64,000 nucleotides of DNA from Octopus sinensis (taxonomy: Eukaryota), in the NCBI RefSeq assembly GCF_006345805.1, contig NC_042999.1, positions 137,702,001 to 137,766,000 of the forward strand, written 5' to 3'. The notes beneath the pieces were generated by a model. It did not search any database and was not told where the DNA came from. It worked only from the letters and a program-made list of their open reading frames with translations. Of the stretch, positions 12,547-25,885 are shown piece by piece (position 1 is the stretch's first letter; each line of letters starts with the position of its first letter). The position numbers were made by a program, and so were the translations under genes.

Positions 12547-15500
12547 CAGTGAGTTACTAATTTATAACGTGTTCAAACTTGGAAAAGATAATAAAAATAA
12601 TTATTTATTGAGTAGGAATCTATGGTGATAAATCCTTCACTTATAACTTAATAATAAGTATTATCACTATACATAAATCTTAACTCAGGCTGCGTAAATG
12701 CCGTGATGAATTATACACACCAAGATGCTGAACATGTTGAAGATAAATATGTTGAAGATAAATAAGCTTGCTCTTTTTCACTGCTATAATAACAGTTTCA
12801 TAGGTACAGAAATAAATTTTCATTAACAGGTTGAAGAAAATGAAGAAAAATAAATTATTTACTAAATTAGTTTATTTACATACATTTAATATTTACAGTA
12901 CATTTTATAAGTCAAAGAAAATTGTCATAGAGAATTATGACATAAAATTTATATTAACTGATTCTTTCATACTAAGCTACTAGAGTTTTAAACAACAATT
13001 CAAAATAGTCTTGTTGAATTAGATAAGAGACATGGCATTGCAATATCTCAAGAGAGTGAGTGTCATGGAAATGAGTGACAACCAACAAACACTAATTTCT
13101 TTTATTCAGCACACAGGCCATGACACAGAGGGAACAACACAAGGACATAACAAAAACATTTAGGGGCAGGGGATTATACCTTACTTAAAAAATCAAATAT
13201 AATGAAATCGGATGAATTTACACAATACAATGAAATCCAAATGAATTTTAAAATTATACGTTGATATATTTTTCAGGTTCGTGTTCGACCATACCCTTTT
13301 TTATTATTTTTCTTTCTGTTTTTTCCTTCTTTTCCATTCAGACCGACTACACTAGTGCAGCCCCATTCACTCTCAACTTCCTTACGCCATTTGTCCATCT
13401 TTTCTCAAACGCTCTTCGAGGCAGGCATCTTTTCACCAAACTGATCTTTCTGGGTAGGTGAGTTAAAAAAACTAACCAGCCTGTATCCAGAGATAAAGTT
13501 GCCTGTCTCAATTCCTCTTCCGCACATCACCCATACTGTCTCTTTCAATACAGCTATGCAGAAAAATGACACCTCCTTTTCCTTGTTAAAGGAAGGAGGC
13601 AGCACAATCTTGATGATAGACTCAGTCGATAACCGTACTCTTTCCATATCTGACACCAGTTATTCGACATAGGTTATCAGTCCCCTTAGTTCTTCACAAT
13701 GTACGAAGGCATGCATGACAGTTTCAATGACATGCTCACACCTCGGGCATGTGGGTGGGATACCAGCACCATACCTTGACAACCTCTCTCAAATCGGCAA
13801 AGCCGATCGGTAGCACAACCAGGTCAGGGATTTCTGGAAGTTGTCCAGATACCTCAGCCCAAATGTTCTTCTGAACAGGTTGACAAGCTGTTCCTCGTCG
13901 AAGCCTAGAGTCTCCCCCAGGAATCTGTTCTTAAAGTCCTTGTAAAGTTCTTTAGGGATCTTCACTGTTATTTGTTAGGTATATTTTGCTTTGTAAATGG
14001 GGTTTAATTACCCCTATCATTGAATTATTGGTGTTCTTGAATACCACTGTGGTCATTTCCTTTTTGGGCTTAGGTTTGTCTATTTTTATCATCATAAATG
14101 TTTTTTCTTTTAGTTTTTTTTCCTCTGGGTTACTACTTTTTTTTCTTTCTTTGGTTTTCGGAGCCGCCTCTTGAGTAGGTGACTCCACTGCTTTCTTTCA
14201 CCTTTTTCGAGACACTAAGTCCATTCCTTCTACTGATGGTGTCACTTCGACTGGTTTTTCGATTTGTTCTGATTCAGTGGCAACCCTCTGCGTAACAGCC
14301 TCCATGGATGAGGGCGCCTCCTCTTCTACATTTTCTTCCTGTTCCTTCTCCTGTGCTTCTTGTTCCTTCTGCTGTGCTTTTTTCTGTTGGGGGCAATTCG
14401 ACCTCAGGTGCCCCATTTTTCTGCATTTGAAACACCTGGGCTTCCTCCCCTCTACATGCACAGCTAATATGGTGTCTTCGCCAATGCATATCTTTTCTGG
14501 TAATTTTTCCAGGCCCATTGTTGTTGCCTAGGCCAAGATCTCCAGAATTTGCCTTTGCCAGTTTCATGAGGCATCTCTGGAGATCTGTATTATATTTATT
14601 TTCTCCTCTCTCCCATATAGTAGGGTGGCAATTATTCATGCAATCTCAATCTCTGGCAGGATAGTTTTAATCTTAATCTGGGACTTTCTACGTCCCAGAT
14701 ATAGTGGTAACAACATAATGCTACCACTTTTCAAGGTCCGAGTTAATAATTCTTTTGCCTTCTCGGCTGACTCAAATCTCACTTCCACAGTTGCAAATTG
14801 AGCACCTCAGGCCAGGTATTTTATCTGGCTGAACACTGGCTCGAGGCACTTTTCTCCAAAGTATTCAAATTTCTTTTTCTCGCTTTCCTTTGTGCAATTC
14901 AAAATCTCACTGGGAGGCAAAATTCGGCTTTCACCATTTTCTTCCTGTATCATCCCGTACAAGGCCTATATTTCCTCTTTTTTGAAGGTTATATTTTCTT
15001 TTCCTCCCACAACAGAAGCAAAATTTCTCATTTCTTCAACGGAAGACATTTTTTTTTAAACACACAATATTGTTGCGATAACAATGGCAAGGCTCATTTC
15101 AAATGGAACACAGTTTGTAAATAATATAAACAACTCCTTCCCCCATGAGGGAGGCTAACAATTTCACAAAGAAATTCACACAATAACAGTTCAACAATGT
15201 TTCCCTTATAGGAAATCACAACAAAAAAATAAACAATTCCTGCAAGCAGGCAACAACAAAAATTTTCTAACAGACCTTTCAATAATAAAATGCACTCCCA
15301 GCCAATAACTAGTTCAAACAACCAACGAACACTAATTAATTGCCAAAAATCAGGGTTTTTGTAACTGCTCATACCTGAATTCTAAAAACCGTATTTCATG
15401 AAAGATTTCTCTTTGACAAAAGTTAGAATTTAAATATGGGCAGTAATTTTAACCAATGGGAAACTAACAATTATACCTATTCAGGCAACATGACCATTAC

Positions 15501-15549
15501 ATCATACTACCACCAATAAAGGTTTATTATGACTTGCATCACTACACTG
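12547..15549. mobile_element. Inserted non-coding element with CAGTG...CACTG termini that splits the RTE LINE (~760 bp once the nested Tx1-like element is removed)
   Basis: RTE sequence stops at 12546 and resumes at ~15550. The junction is duplicated: (ctg)gtataa / (ctg)gcataa. Confidence 0.65.
13098..15317 (-). mobile_element. Tx1/L1-group non-LTR element, internally deleted (ORF1 with CCHC knuckle plus ORF2 C-terminus)
   Basis: ORF1 from ATG ~15049 contains CFKCRKMGHLRSNC. ORF2 end contains CPRCEHVIETVMHAFVHC. AATAAA near the 3' end. 20-bp TSD acaaccaac(a/g)aacactaatt at 13078-13097 and 15318-15337. Confidence 0.88.
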
Positions 15550-16750
15550 GCATAAAACCAAATTGCATCTCGTCCACATCCACTCCTTTCTGAATTCACC
15601 TCTTCAACACCCTTTCCACTGTCTTCATTGCATGCTCCAATAACTTCATTCCCCATGCACCCCACAACTCATCGCATCCTCCTTCCCCTTGAAGATCAGT
15701 ACCACCATACTTAGTGCCCAATCATCTGGCATTCCTCTTCCATTCAGCACACCCTAGCAGAGCTCCATCATCACAATCTTTATCTATCCACTTGCAGTTA
15801 TCATTTCCACACTTGCTTCTGAGGGGCCAGCTGCCTTCCCTGTTTTCATTTCCTTCATTGCCTCCACTACTTCTTCCCGACTAACCCTCTCCACTGGCCC
15901 CTTCACCACAGCAACTTCCACCCTCTGATCCTATTCATTCTCCTCATTCATAATTTCCTTCATATGTTCCTTCCAAACTCTTCCCCTGTCCTTCTCACTA
16001 AAATTCAACCTTCCATCACTCCCTCTCATGCATCTCCCTCATGCATCTTCCATCTTTTTTCATTGATTTAATAAACTTAAACACTCTATCTGGGTTTTCA
16101 TCCAGTCTGCTCAACCTCTCCTCAGCCTCCTTCTTCATAGATCTTGCAACCATTCCCTTTGCACAATTCTTCATGTTATTATATCTGGCTTTCATTTGCT
16201 CAATCCTAGTATTACATAAAGCTTTGTGCACCTCCTTCTTCCACATCCCTAACCACCTTGTTCCACTATCACGTACCTCCTCAATCTCTCCTACCTTTCG
16301 TCCTTCCACACATTTCGTCACGTGTTTAGTACCCCTTCTTTAAAAGACTTCCACAAATCTGGTGCATCAATGCTTACCAACTCCCAACTCTCTCCTCAAG
16401 TCACCTTCCTTTTGTCTGTTTTCCTAAACCATGTGTTCGCCACATACATCTCTTTCTCATCACAAAACTCCAATAAACATTCACCTCCTCTTCCTCAATT
16501 CCTCACACACCTCAGCTTCCCTTCCATGCAGACTACCCACATTCCACTATCCCAACCTCACCCCAAGCTTCTCAGGCTGTCAGCCATCATAAGATAAGTC
16601 ATGCTTGTGCAACTCAGGATGAGGGTTTGCACCTTCCTTTTTGAGGTCGGCAGGTGCAGCCCACCCCAACCTTTGGGCTGGCCCATTCTCCTTTGCTATC
16701 ATTAGGCTTTCTTGGAGATGCTCAGTTTCTAGACATGAATGATCCCGAGA
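15550..16750 (-). mobile_element. RTE LINE, 5' part (continuation of 11220-12546)
   Basis: DEMQFGFMP, MKTGKAAGPSE, WKEHMKEIMNEENE motifs. Collinear with the 3' part. Confidence 0.88.
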
Positions 16751-17279
16751 TCAAGGCCTCTACCATGATTTTTAAGAAATGTGGTGGAAATCTACAGTAG
16801 ATCTAAAATATTAACTTAATGTTTTTTGTTACAAATTGCAATAGATTGTACTATAGTTATGAAATCACTTCAACAAAATGGTACTGTGGAAATGAGCTAT
16901 GCCAGGCATTGCCCAAGCAAAATTATTGCTGATACAGGATATGCAAATACAACAGATAACCATACTCTGGTTAAGATTAAGGCTACAGAAGTTTTCTGTT
17001 CAATGTACCCACAGAAATCGCAAGCATTTCTAGCAGGTTTAAAATGATTTCTCACAGAAAATCAATTTGCTAACAAAAGTAACCTGCAGCATAAGAAGAA
17101 TGATAGCTAAGGCAGCTAAGAAAAACTTAGGGATGAAGTCATACATTCACATGCATCTATGCGTTCCAACAGCTTGTTTTTAAGTTATTAGGGCCGAGAG
17201 AAGCTAAATCTTCTTAACTATCTTAAATATATTGTAGGCAAAGTGAGAGTCAAAAATGATTATAAGAAATTTGTAGTTG

Positions 17280-17870
17280 ATCAAGTCATCAACTGCTATA
17301 TCAACCAGGTTATATTACTTTCTTGCTGTCATACAAAGCAAAAACCCAATTTCAGTGATGGTACTTGGAGCTGTTGCAAGTGACAGACTGGTTATTACAT
17401 CAACACAACTTGATCATCCTTGATAAGATTCTGATCCCAAGATTCTGATCTAAATGATTATGTTTGTATGAGACTGTATCAGTACATGGTTCAAAGCACA
17501 TGCAGGGTTATTTTGAAAATGAAACTTCTACTGTTTGTCAACAAGGAAACCTTTCTTTCTAATTCAACTAATCTGAATCCGTGTCATCTTTAAATATGGA
17601 GAGGAGAATTAGACTAACCACAGTAGTGTCACTATGCTTATAACAGCCATTAGGAAGATGGTCGAGTCTATTAATGTGAATGAAGCAAAGAGGGCATGCT
17701 CAACTTTCCACTTCTATATTCAGCTGATTATAACTGTTGATAGAGAACGTAAGTTTTATTTTTCCCAAAATTAAGACAAAAACACAAAATTTCATGCTTC
17801 TGGCTTTTCAATTACCTTAGTTACAGGCTTTGAAACATTTTAACACAGTCAAAATTTAAACACACACTAC
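17280..17870 (+). mobile_element. Highly decayed Tc1/mariner-superfamily remnant
   Basis: SVMVLGAVASD and SNSTNLNP (SPDLNP-like) motifs. Confidence 0.4.
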
Positions 17871-17885
17871 ATATATATACATAAT

Positions 17886-18232
17886 CGTAATCATCAAGAT
17901 TTAGTATCTGCTTTCCATGCTGACAAGAGTTAGATGGTTTGACTGAAACTGGTAAGTTGCATCAGGTTCCAATCTAATTTGGCATGATTTCTGCAGCTGG
18001 ACACCCTTCCTAACTCCAACCACTTCAAGAGTGTAATGGGTGCTTTTTACATGCCACTGGCACAGGTGCCAGTTACATGACACCGGCATAGGCCACAACT
18101 ATGATTTCACTTGGCTTGACAAGTCTTCTCAAGCATAGCATAGTGCCAAAGGTCTAGGTCATTTATCATTGCCTCTGTGAGGCCCAACATTCGAAGGGAG
18201 CTTTTTACATGCCACCAGCACATGCACGCACG

Positions 18233-18291
<59 letters not shown>

Positions 18292-18330
18292 CATCATCAT
18301 CATCATCATCATCATTTAACATCCACATTT
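17886..18330 (-). mobile_element. (CAT)n-tailed SINE plus (CA)n/(CAT)n microsatellite
   Basis: Family consensus blocks ctttccatgctg, cagctggacacccttcctaac, tttttacatgccac. Confidence 0.8.
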
Positions 18331-18369
18331 TTATTTATTCAAAATATTATTTTAATCATCTCAGCAATG

Positions 18370-19195
18370 ATTCTTGATGGTTCAAGGGCTTTCCCTGTCT
18401 TCATATCCTTAATTGCCTTAACTATTATACTGCTGTTGACTCTGATGGCTGGTCCTTCAGTTGGTTCTATATTTGAAAGACTCTTTTTCCCTTGCATTTT
18501 CCATATTTAGTAACCTTTCATAGTGGCACTTCCATGCATCTTTCTTCTCTGAGTCACTAAGTGCAAGTATACCATCATCCATTCACACACATTTCTCACC
18601 CACCACATCTCTATTCTTTGATACACTACTTTACAATTCTGAACACCTCACGTCTCTGATACTCACACTGTAGAACATCTGCAAATCTCCTACCTTCTGC
18701 TATTCCTTTTGCTATGTAAACCTGTCACCTAGATGCTGTCTAGCTACCTGATATAATTATCTGCTTCCACCGTTTTCCTAGTCTTTCCAAGACTGTCTCT
18801 TTGCTTTTATAGCACTAACTACCAACTTGTTCCACTACCATGTCACCCTCAGCCTAGCTGGGACTTTGCACCAGCCACAGATTTGGTCTGTAACCTTCAA
18901 TAGATTGTCCTGCAGGAACTTCCAATTGTCCTCTAAGCTATATGTCTCCAACTCTTCCTCTCTTTCATCAGAAGTTTCCATTATAGAATATCTCTAAATT
19001 TCTGCCTGTTTTGCTGGGTCTTTGAGCTTCTATAATTTTCTTTTCCAGAGTCTTTCTAGCTCTAATTCTGAAGACACTAACTAGTAACCTATGTTGGGTT
19101 GTACACTCTTTACCTGGGAAAGACTTTGTATTTGCAAGCATCTGTCTAACTCATTGCCTTGTGAGGAGGTAATCAATCTGGCTTATGTGCCCCGC
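18370..19195 (-). mobile_element. Decayed RTE LINE fragment (endonuclease end to RT start)
   Basis: QIDYLL, KSFPGKECTTQHRLLVS, WWCKVPARLRVTW*W, KAIKDMKTGKALEPS. Confidence 0.8.
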
Positions 19196-19255
19196 CAGAC
19201 TGATAAGTGATTAGGTGGCTGGCTGGCTGGTTTTCTGAAGTTATAGTGTGTACTT

Positions 19256-19259
<4 letters not shown>

Positions 19260-19340
<81 letters not shown>

Positions 19341-19370
19341 GCATATACATATGTTTGTAGGTGTGTGTAT
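19260..19370. repeat. (TA)n microsatellite
   Basis: ~37 uninterrupted TA units. Confidence 0.98.
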
Positions 19371-19927
19371 AAAACAATATAAAACAGATTGCAAAATACT
19401 TTATGGCATTATGAAATGTCCCTTTACATTCCAGGTTCTAATCTCACTGCACTTCTCTTTCATTTTTCAGAGATTAATAAAATACACCCTACAGAACAGT
19501 GCCTAAGTATAGTTACAATTTAATGAGTGAAATCAGTAAAAGATTAAAAGAACATCACCAAAGTATTTGAATAACCATACAGCCAATTATTTCTTTTAGG
19601 GTCGGTGTATAGTTGACTAAACCGGTATTTCAGAGACTGATCATTATAATCTTAAATCTCATCATCTTAATAGCTGTTTACTGCCTTGACAAAAATATTA
19701 CATCTTACTGAGGTACAAATCCAGATTTAAATGAAGAGAAAAATTATACTGTGATGTTCATGTCTTTCTCAAGAACAAGAACATGCAAGGAGGTGAAGTT
19801 GCAAACTAGGATTGCTGAGAAAACCTCTATTCCATGACAATAGCTATAGTGACTCAATATTAATTCTCTTAACAGTAATAATAAAGAGAAAAAAGGAAAA
19901 CTGTTTTGAATCTAGCTGAAAATTTAC

Positions 19928-20066
19928 CTTTTTAGAAGCCCTGCATAATAGCTGTTCAAATTATTGCATGTTTCTAAACACAATTCAATCGTCATTTTAT
20001 CCACTGATGTCTTATTCCCTGATAAAAATGGTGTCCAGTGTGTTGGGTAACATCCTAAATATGTCT
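19928..20066 (-). CDS. WSC domain 2, N-half (ETYLGCYPTHWTPFLSGNKTSVDKMTIELCLETCNNLNSYYAGLLK)
   Basis: YLGCY, MT.E.C...C and YAGL motifs. Acceptor tttccag, donor AAG|GTAAAT. 139 nt, phase 1-2. Confidence 0.93.
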
Positions 20067-20977
20067 CTGGAAAGTAAATTTTTTTTAAATTTAAGATATT
20101 TCTTGCAATATAAAATAAAAATTGCTTAAATGGATAGTATAATTCTTTTGATAAAATGAAAACTTTTATAGTAATTCTTATATAACTTGAATTGATTGAG
20201 TTCATCTCAACATAGCAATACACCAAATTACATATCAATTTCTAATCTAATTCATTGCTCCATCAACCAATTAATAAATCATTTACTCTTTTTTTTATCT
20301 CTTACTTGATCTACTTGATCTAAATAAGTAGAGACAACAGGCATTGTCACTAGTATTTTGAAGTGACAAGGAAATAAAAATCAAAACCTTCAGTCAAGAA
20401 AATAATATTGTATCCAATTGGCTATTATCAGTTATGTGGCTAATATATCTGGACACCAGAGGAATATTAGTGTTAGGATATAAGCTGAATCAATAGCGTA
20501 TTAGCCTATAGGCAAAAGTTTTGATTTATATCTTCACACTAGAACTGTTCTGTTTCTTAACCAAGACACAAGTCTAGCAATAAGATTAACAGCATGGAGA
20601 CACAACTCAACATTACTGGCAGCAACAGTATTGTGTAAAATTATTCCTATATCATCAGCTTAGAATGTTGAGTAAAAATTCAACCCAAGAACAAAACCTA
20701 AATGCTTTAAAAAGTAGTATATCAGTGCTGCAGTACATTGCAATGGCAAATAATGCAATTAAGAGATAATCTCTTGGTAATTTGATGACTGGTTGAAATA
20801 TTTCACTTCATTAATGTTCTTTAGAAAAGTATGAATATCATAATTCTGATTTCGTCACTAACAGAATAATTTCATAACTTTAATTCATAAACTACAAGTC
20901 AAGCAACTGACTACTTATCGCACTATTGTATGGTATAAGTAGATATTCTTATTTTTATTGAGACTGTAATATCTTTT

Positions 20978-21187
20978 CTACAATAGGTACAAAGCCTGAA
21001 ATTTTGAGGGAGGGGGTTAGTCAATTACATTGATCCCAGTTCTCAACTAGTACTAATTTAACTGACCCTAAAAGAATGAAAGGCAAAGTCAACCTCAGCA
21101 GAATCTGAACTCAGGATGTAAAGATGGACAAAATGCTACTAAGCGTTTTGTCTGGCATGCTAATGATTCTGCCAGCTCACTGCCTTT
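20978..21187 (-). mobile_element. tRNA-derived SINE (same family as 54940 and 60290), CpG-depleted copy
   Basis: Reverse complement of gagctggcagaa..gttagc...gagttcaaatt..gcctttcat block. Confidence 0.8.
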
Positions 21188-21804
21188 ATTTCCACTGTAA
21201 TATCATCTATAATTATGGTGGATGAAAACAAAAATAACAAAATACTAAGAGCTTCCAGTGGTATATTTTATTGATTCACAACCTTAATTAAACTCAATTT
21301 TCAATCTACTTCAGTTCACAGAGAAAGACCAAGTGTATTGTGGACAGAAGTTATTTAAATAAATTCAAACAAGATACAACCCTGGAGGGCAAAAAAATCT
21401 ATCCAGAGAAAATCTATTGAGAGAAAATATTTTATTGAAAAAAGCTAAAGACTAAATGGAAGGAACTATATCATGTTCAGCAAGTACTCTGCCAATTACT
21501 TGAATTTCTATACTCACAATGAAAAATAATATCGCTTACTTTCAGGAACCTAATCTCTTTACAAATATTCTAATATCATTTTACGTCAAGATTAAGCATT
21601 TGATTAATTAAGCAGTACTCCAGAATGAGCACAGATGTAGGGTTTCAAAATAATTTAAAAACTGAAAAAAATTACTTCAAATCCAATAACCATAAAATTA
21701 AAATTTTACAATCCAATCTTATTTAAAATATTTTATTCAAAATTAAATTGTTTTATTTAGAAACATAAAAAAAAATTGTAAAAAAATAAAATCATTTACT
21801 TAAC

Positions 21805-21840
21805 CTTGTTTTCTTAAAAATCCTCCTGTACCATAAACAG
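21805..21840 (-). CDS. Inter-WSC linker micro-exon (PVYGTGGFLRKQ)
   Basis: Acceptor ttttttcag, donor AAG|GTTAAG. 36 nt, phase 1-1. Confidence 0.72.
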
Positions 21841-24017
21841 CTGAAAAAATATGAGAAAATATTAATGTTTCCTAACATGAACAAAAGGTTGTAATTTGGG
21901 AAAGAAATGTATAATTGATTATATTGACATATTATTTTATCAACCCATGATTTTGACCTTGGTGAAATTTGAACTCAAAACTCAAAGAGACATATTCCTA
22001 TACTATAAAAGTTTTCATAACAAACAAGAACAACATTAAAATAATACATTAAGAAACAAAAAACTCCACAATACAGCCAATTAGACACAAGACAGATGCT
22101 GCTTCATCCCCATACATTCATCCACCTCCTGAAAATATCACACACACACCTCAGTAATAAAGAGATGCACCTGGTGATGCAGCAAAAAATTCACAGGAAA
22201 CTATTGAAAACAGATAACAACATTCAATGAATGAAACAATAAAAGTTTCATCTTAAATTGTTATGAATTTAACTTTGGAGGGAAAAAAATGGAAACTGTA
22301 ATAATGGTTACAAAAGAGAGCCTAAAGCTTCAATTTATTTTAAACATTTTACTAATTAAGAGAAGTTCTTTTTACAAATGAACAAAAATAACTGAAGCCT
22401 TGAGCATATGCAAGAAAAACTCATGCTTACAAAAACAGAAATAGCCATTAATCAGTATGTCAATGAGTAAGACAATACTTGGAGAATAATTTCAATGCAA
22501 GATATGTTAGAATAAAGTTTTAACATTCAAATATTGATAAAGTTACAATTTTTTTTTTTTTTTTTTTTGTAATTTCAATTTATAGTAAGATAATTTGATA
22601 TTAGTAGAACTGAGTGCCTTAAAGCTGAAATCCTACTGGAACTGACAAGATAAATCTCAATAATGAAGAAATACAGAAATGTCAACATCAACAAAAATTA
22701 CATTTGTAGTTACCTCTGAATAAAAGCTAATGTGAGAGAGTTAACTCCTGCTAGCTGTCCATATCAACTCATAACCTTGTAAAGTGTCTTGAATGGAGAG
22801 AATTAGATTGAAGAAAATTACGTCTGGGAAGTTATCAGTTATCTTTATGGTTATGATAATGAAATATTTTATGGTTAAGAAATACTGAATTTCTCATGAG
22901 CTTAAGATAGAGTATTGGAAAATAAGATAGCTTTCAGATTTAAAAATATTATCAGTTATGGAAACTTTTCAAAGGAAAAAATATATAGACTTCACCTAAT
23001 GTAAAAATTGTTTTATTTTCTTCCATATTATTGCTTTTTGCTTTCTTAATTTTTTTTTCAAACATGCATTTTCTTGATTTTTATCAAGAAAATTTTTCAC
23101 TTTAATATAATTTTTCTATTACTGGCTGAAACAAAATAAAACACCATTTCAGTCTTGTTATGTCAGTAATTGTATGGTCATGGTTGGTAAAATACTTTTG
23201 ATAGTGTTACAGTGGGAATAATGTTGATGATGATGGTGACCTTAAACTAGATCTTTTATTTCTTTTATTTTTCTAAAGACATGAATAATATAGTTAAGTA
23301 GTGAGGCATACACAATGCATGAAGCATTAAAAATTTGAAGTAGGTTCAAATATGCAGTCAGACAAAAAAATAGTAGTTGGCATTTTTCTATAAGTATTCA
23401 ATGATCGTATCCTGAGCTGAAATGAATTGCAATTTCTTCTAAGCACTTGATAAATTATGTAGCTGAATCACAATCGAAAATCATCAAACAGTTCCTTTTG
23501 AGAGCAACTAAATCTCCCCCAAATATGTGTGAGATCTTCATTATAGGAGATCATAAGGGATGCAACCATAATCAGCAGATGCTCAGGAAACAGTGGCAAT
23601 GAAGGAGTTTCTAATATGCAAAACAAATTGGCAGCTTTCAAGTTTCTTTTCTTGTTTATACTTTGTTAGGGTTTGCTGATCTGCAAAACTATTCATGTAT
23701 GTTTATATATACAAATACATACATGTGTGTGTACATATGTGTAGGCAGAACTATCTAGTCTTTCATCTATATTTCTATTCATACTTGTATGTAATATAGT
23801 TTCTAATATATGAGGAATTCCATATTCAAGTATTTCCTCTAAATACAAAGGCTACTTCTCGAGTAAACTTGAAAACTTTTACATTGGAGCCATCAATAAA
23901 AAAAATACAGTTCTATATATACTGAAACAAAAAAAAAGACAAAGAAATAAACTATTTCAGTTGAATTTCACGTGAAATTTAACTGAAATTTTTTAATATT
24001 ATAAAGTTAGCACATAA

Positions 24018-24372
24018 ATCATCATCATCATCATTTAATATCTATTGTCCATGCTGGTATGGGTTGGACAGTTTAACCAGGGTTGGCAAGCTGAGGGACT
24101 GCACCAAACTCCAGTCTGATTTGACACGGTTTCTACGGCTGGATGCCCTTCTTAATGCCAACCTCTCTAAGAGTGTAATGAATGGTTTTACATGCCTTCA
24201 GCAAGGGTGCCAGTTACATGACACCAGTACCTGTCACAACTACAATTTTACTTGGCTAGATGGGTTTTCTTCTCAAGCACAGCACATTGTTAAAGGTCTC
24301 AGTCATTTGTCATTACTTCCATGAGGCCCAATGCTCAAAAGGTACTTTTTACATGCCACTAGCACAGGTGCT
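24018..24372 (-). mobile_element. (CAT)n-tailed SINE
   Basis: catcatcatttaa...ccatgctggtatgggttggac...gctggatgcccttc. Confidence 0.85.
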
Positions 24373-24559
24373 AGTAGGTGTCTTTTTGTGACCTCCATCA
24401 CAAGGTGGGGGGGACAAATAATTATAGTTTTTAACCATTAACCTTAAAGCAATATATCTCAGCTCAGAATAACTTTTATTAATAGAAATAATGAACCTAT
24501 GCTTTTTACCAACAAGAAACAAGTCTACTTATAGTATAGAATTCTGGAGTGCTGAAACT

Positions 24560-25885
24560 GATGAATTATTCAAAGGTCCTTTGAGGTAATGTTTGGATAT
24601 TGAAGATCTTTAGCAGGAAGTTTTAAAAAATGCTTGAAAGAATGGTAGTCAGTCTGAGAGAGGTCTGAGGTGTAAGATGGGTGAGGTAGAGCTTGATGGC
24701 CCACTTCATTCAATTTTTTCAGAATCTTTGCAAGATATGTGGTCAAGTATAATAAAGAAGAAGTGATATATATTATGATTGACCCGTGCTAGACATAAGC
24801 ATTACAATTTTTGGTGCATGTTGATTTCTTGGCAATACTTCTCTACTGTGATGGTTTCATCAGGATTCAAGAAATAGAAGTGGATGATTCAATTTGCCAA
24901 CAACAAAACAGTGACCATAACCTTCTTTAGATACAGCTCCAGTTGAGAGAGTGTTTTGGCACTTCACCTTGGCCAATTAATTAGGGTGGAACGTCATTGA
25001 TTGTTGTACAGAATCTATGTTTTGACACATGTCAAAATACAATCAAGGAATGAATCATTTTTGATGTGTAAAAAAAGTGCAGATAAAACTTCATAAATGA
25101 GATTTTTTATTTTCATTCTGCTTGTGTAGCACTCAAAAAAGCTCAACAAATGTCAAGTGTCATCAACTTCCAAATATGGTGTAAATGTCAACCAACTATT
25201 GAATGTTTAATTCTTCAACACACTCAAATTATTCTATGTGAGTCCGCTTCAATACTAAGCTAATTAAATGTCATTTCACTTCAGTTACTCTATTGAAAGT
25301 TTTTGGGCTGGGACAAGATATGTTGCTCCCTCCATCCCAGCAGTCTCAGAAACTATGTTAGGGTCATGGGTACTATCCTTCTCTCCTAAGTAAACGATAA
25401 AAGAAACCCAAATCTAGGATACAACATCATAAGGTCCAGTCCCTGTTGTGGTGTAGTGGTCTGTGTGCCCTGATGACCCTGAGAGCTACGTCAGTGAAGT
25501 CTTCAAATAGTCATTGTCAACCTTCATAGCTCTTGTCTCTGCTATGATATTTTTCAAACGAATGTTTAGACTATGTTTGTTGACAGTCTTCTGCTCAAAT
25601 GCTTGTCTAATATCTCTTGCAAGCAGTTCCCTCTGCTCTGATTTTCATTTTGAACTCATACAATAAAATTGCTCAATTTTTTTCTCTCTTTAATTTGACA
25701 GCCTACATCCTAAAATAAACAAGAATAAACAATAAAAATAAAACCAATAAATCAATAGACCAAAATCTCTACTCCAGAATGATATAATACTTTAGTATAG
25801 ATATAAAATTTTATTCTAAAATACATCGCTCAAAGTTTAAAATAACAAAAATCTGCAATTATTTTTGCATACACCAACCTAATCT
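24560..25885 (-). mobile_element. Decayed mariner remnant
   Basis: PSYTSDL (PYSPDL-like) near 24660, KKVMVTV motif, and a TIR-like end caccaacctaata near 25875. Confidence 0.55.

Noticed and set aside
18107-19377. ORFs with poly-CV/HT/IY/D tracts
   Set aside because: Translations of microsatellites.
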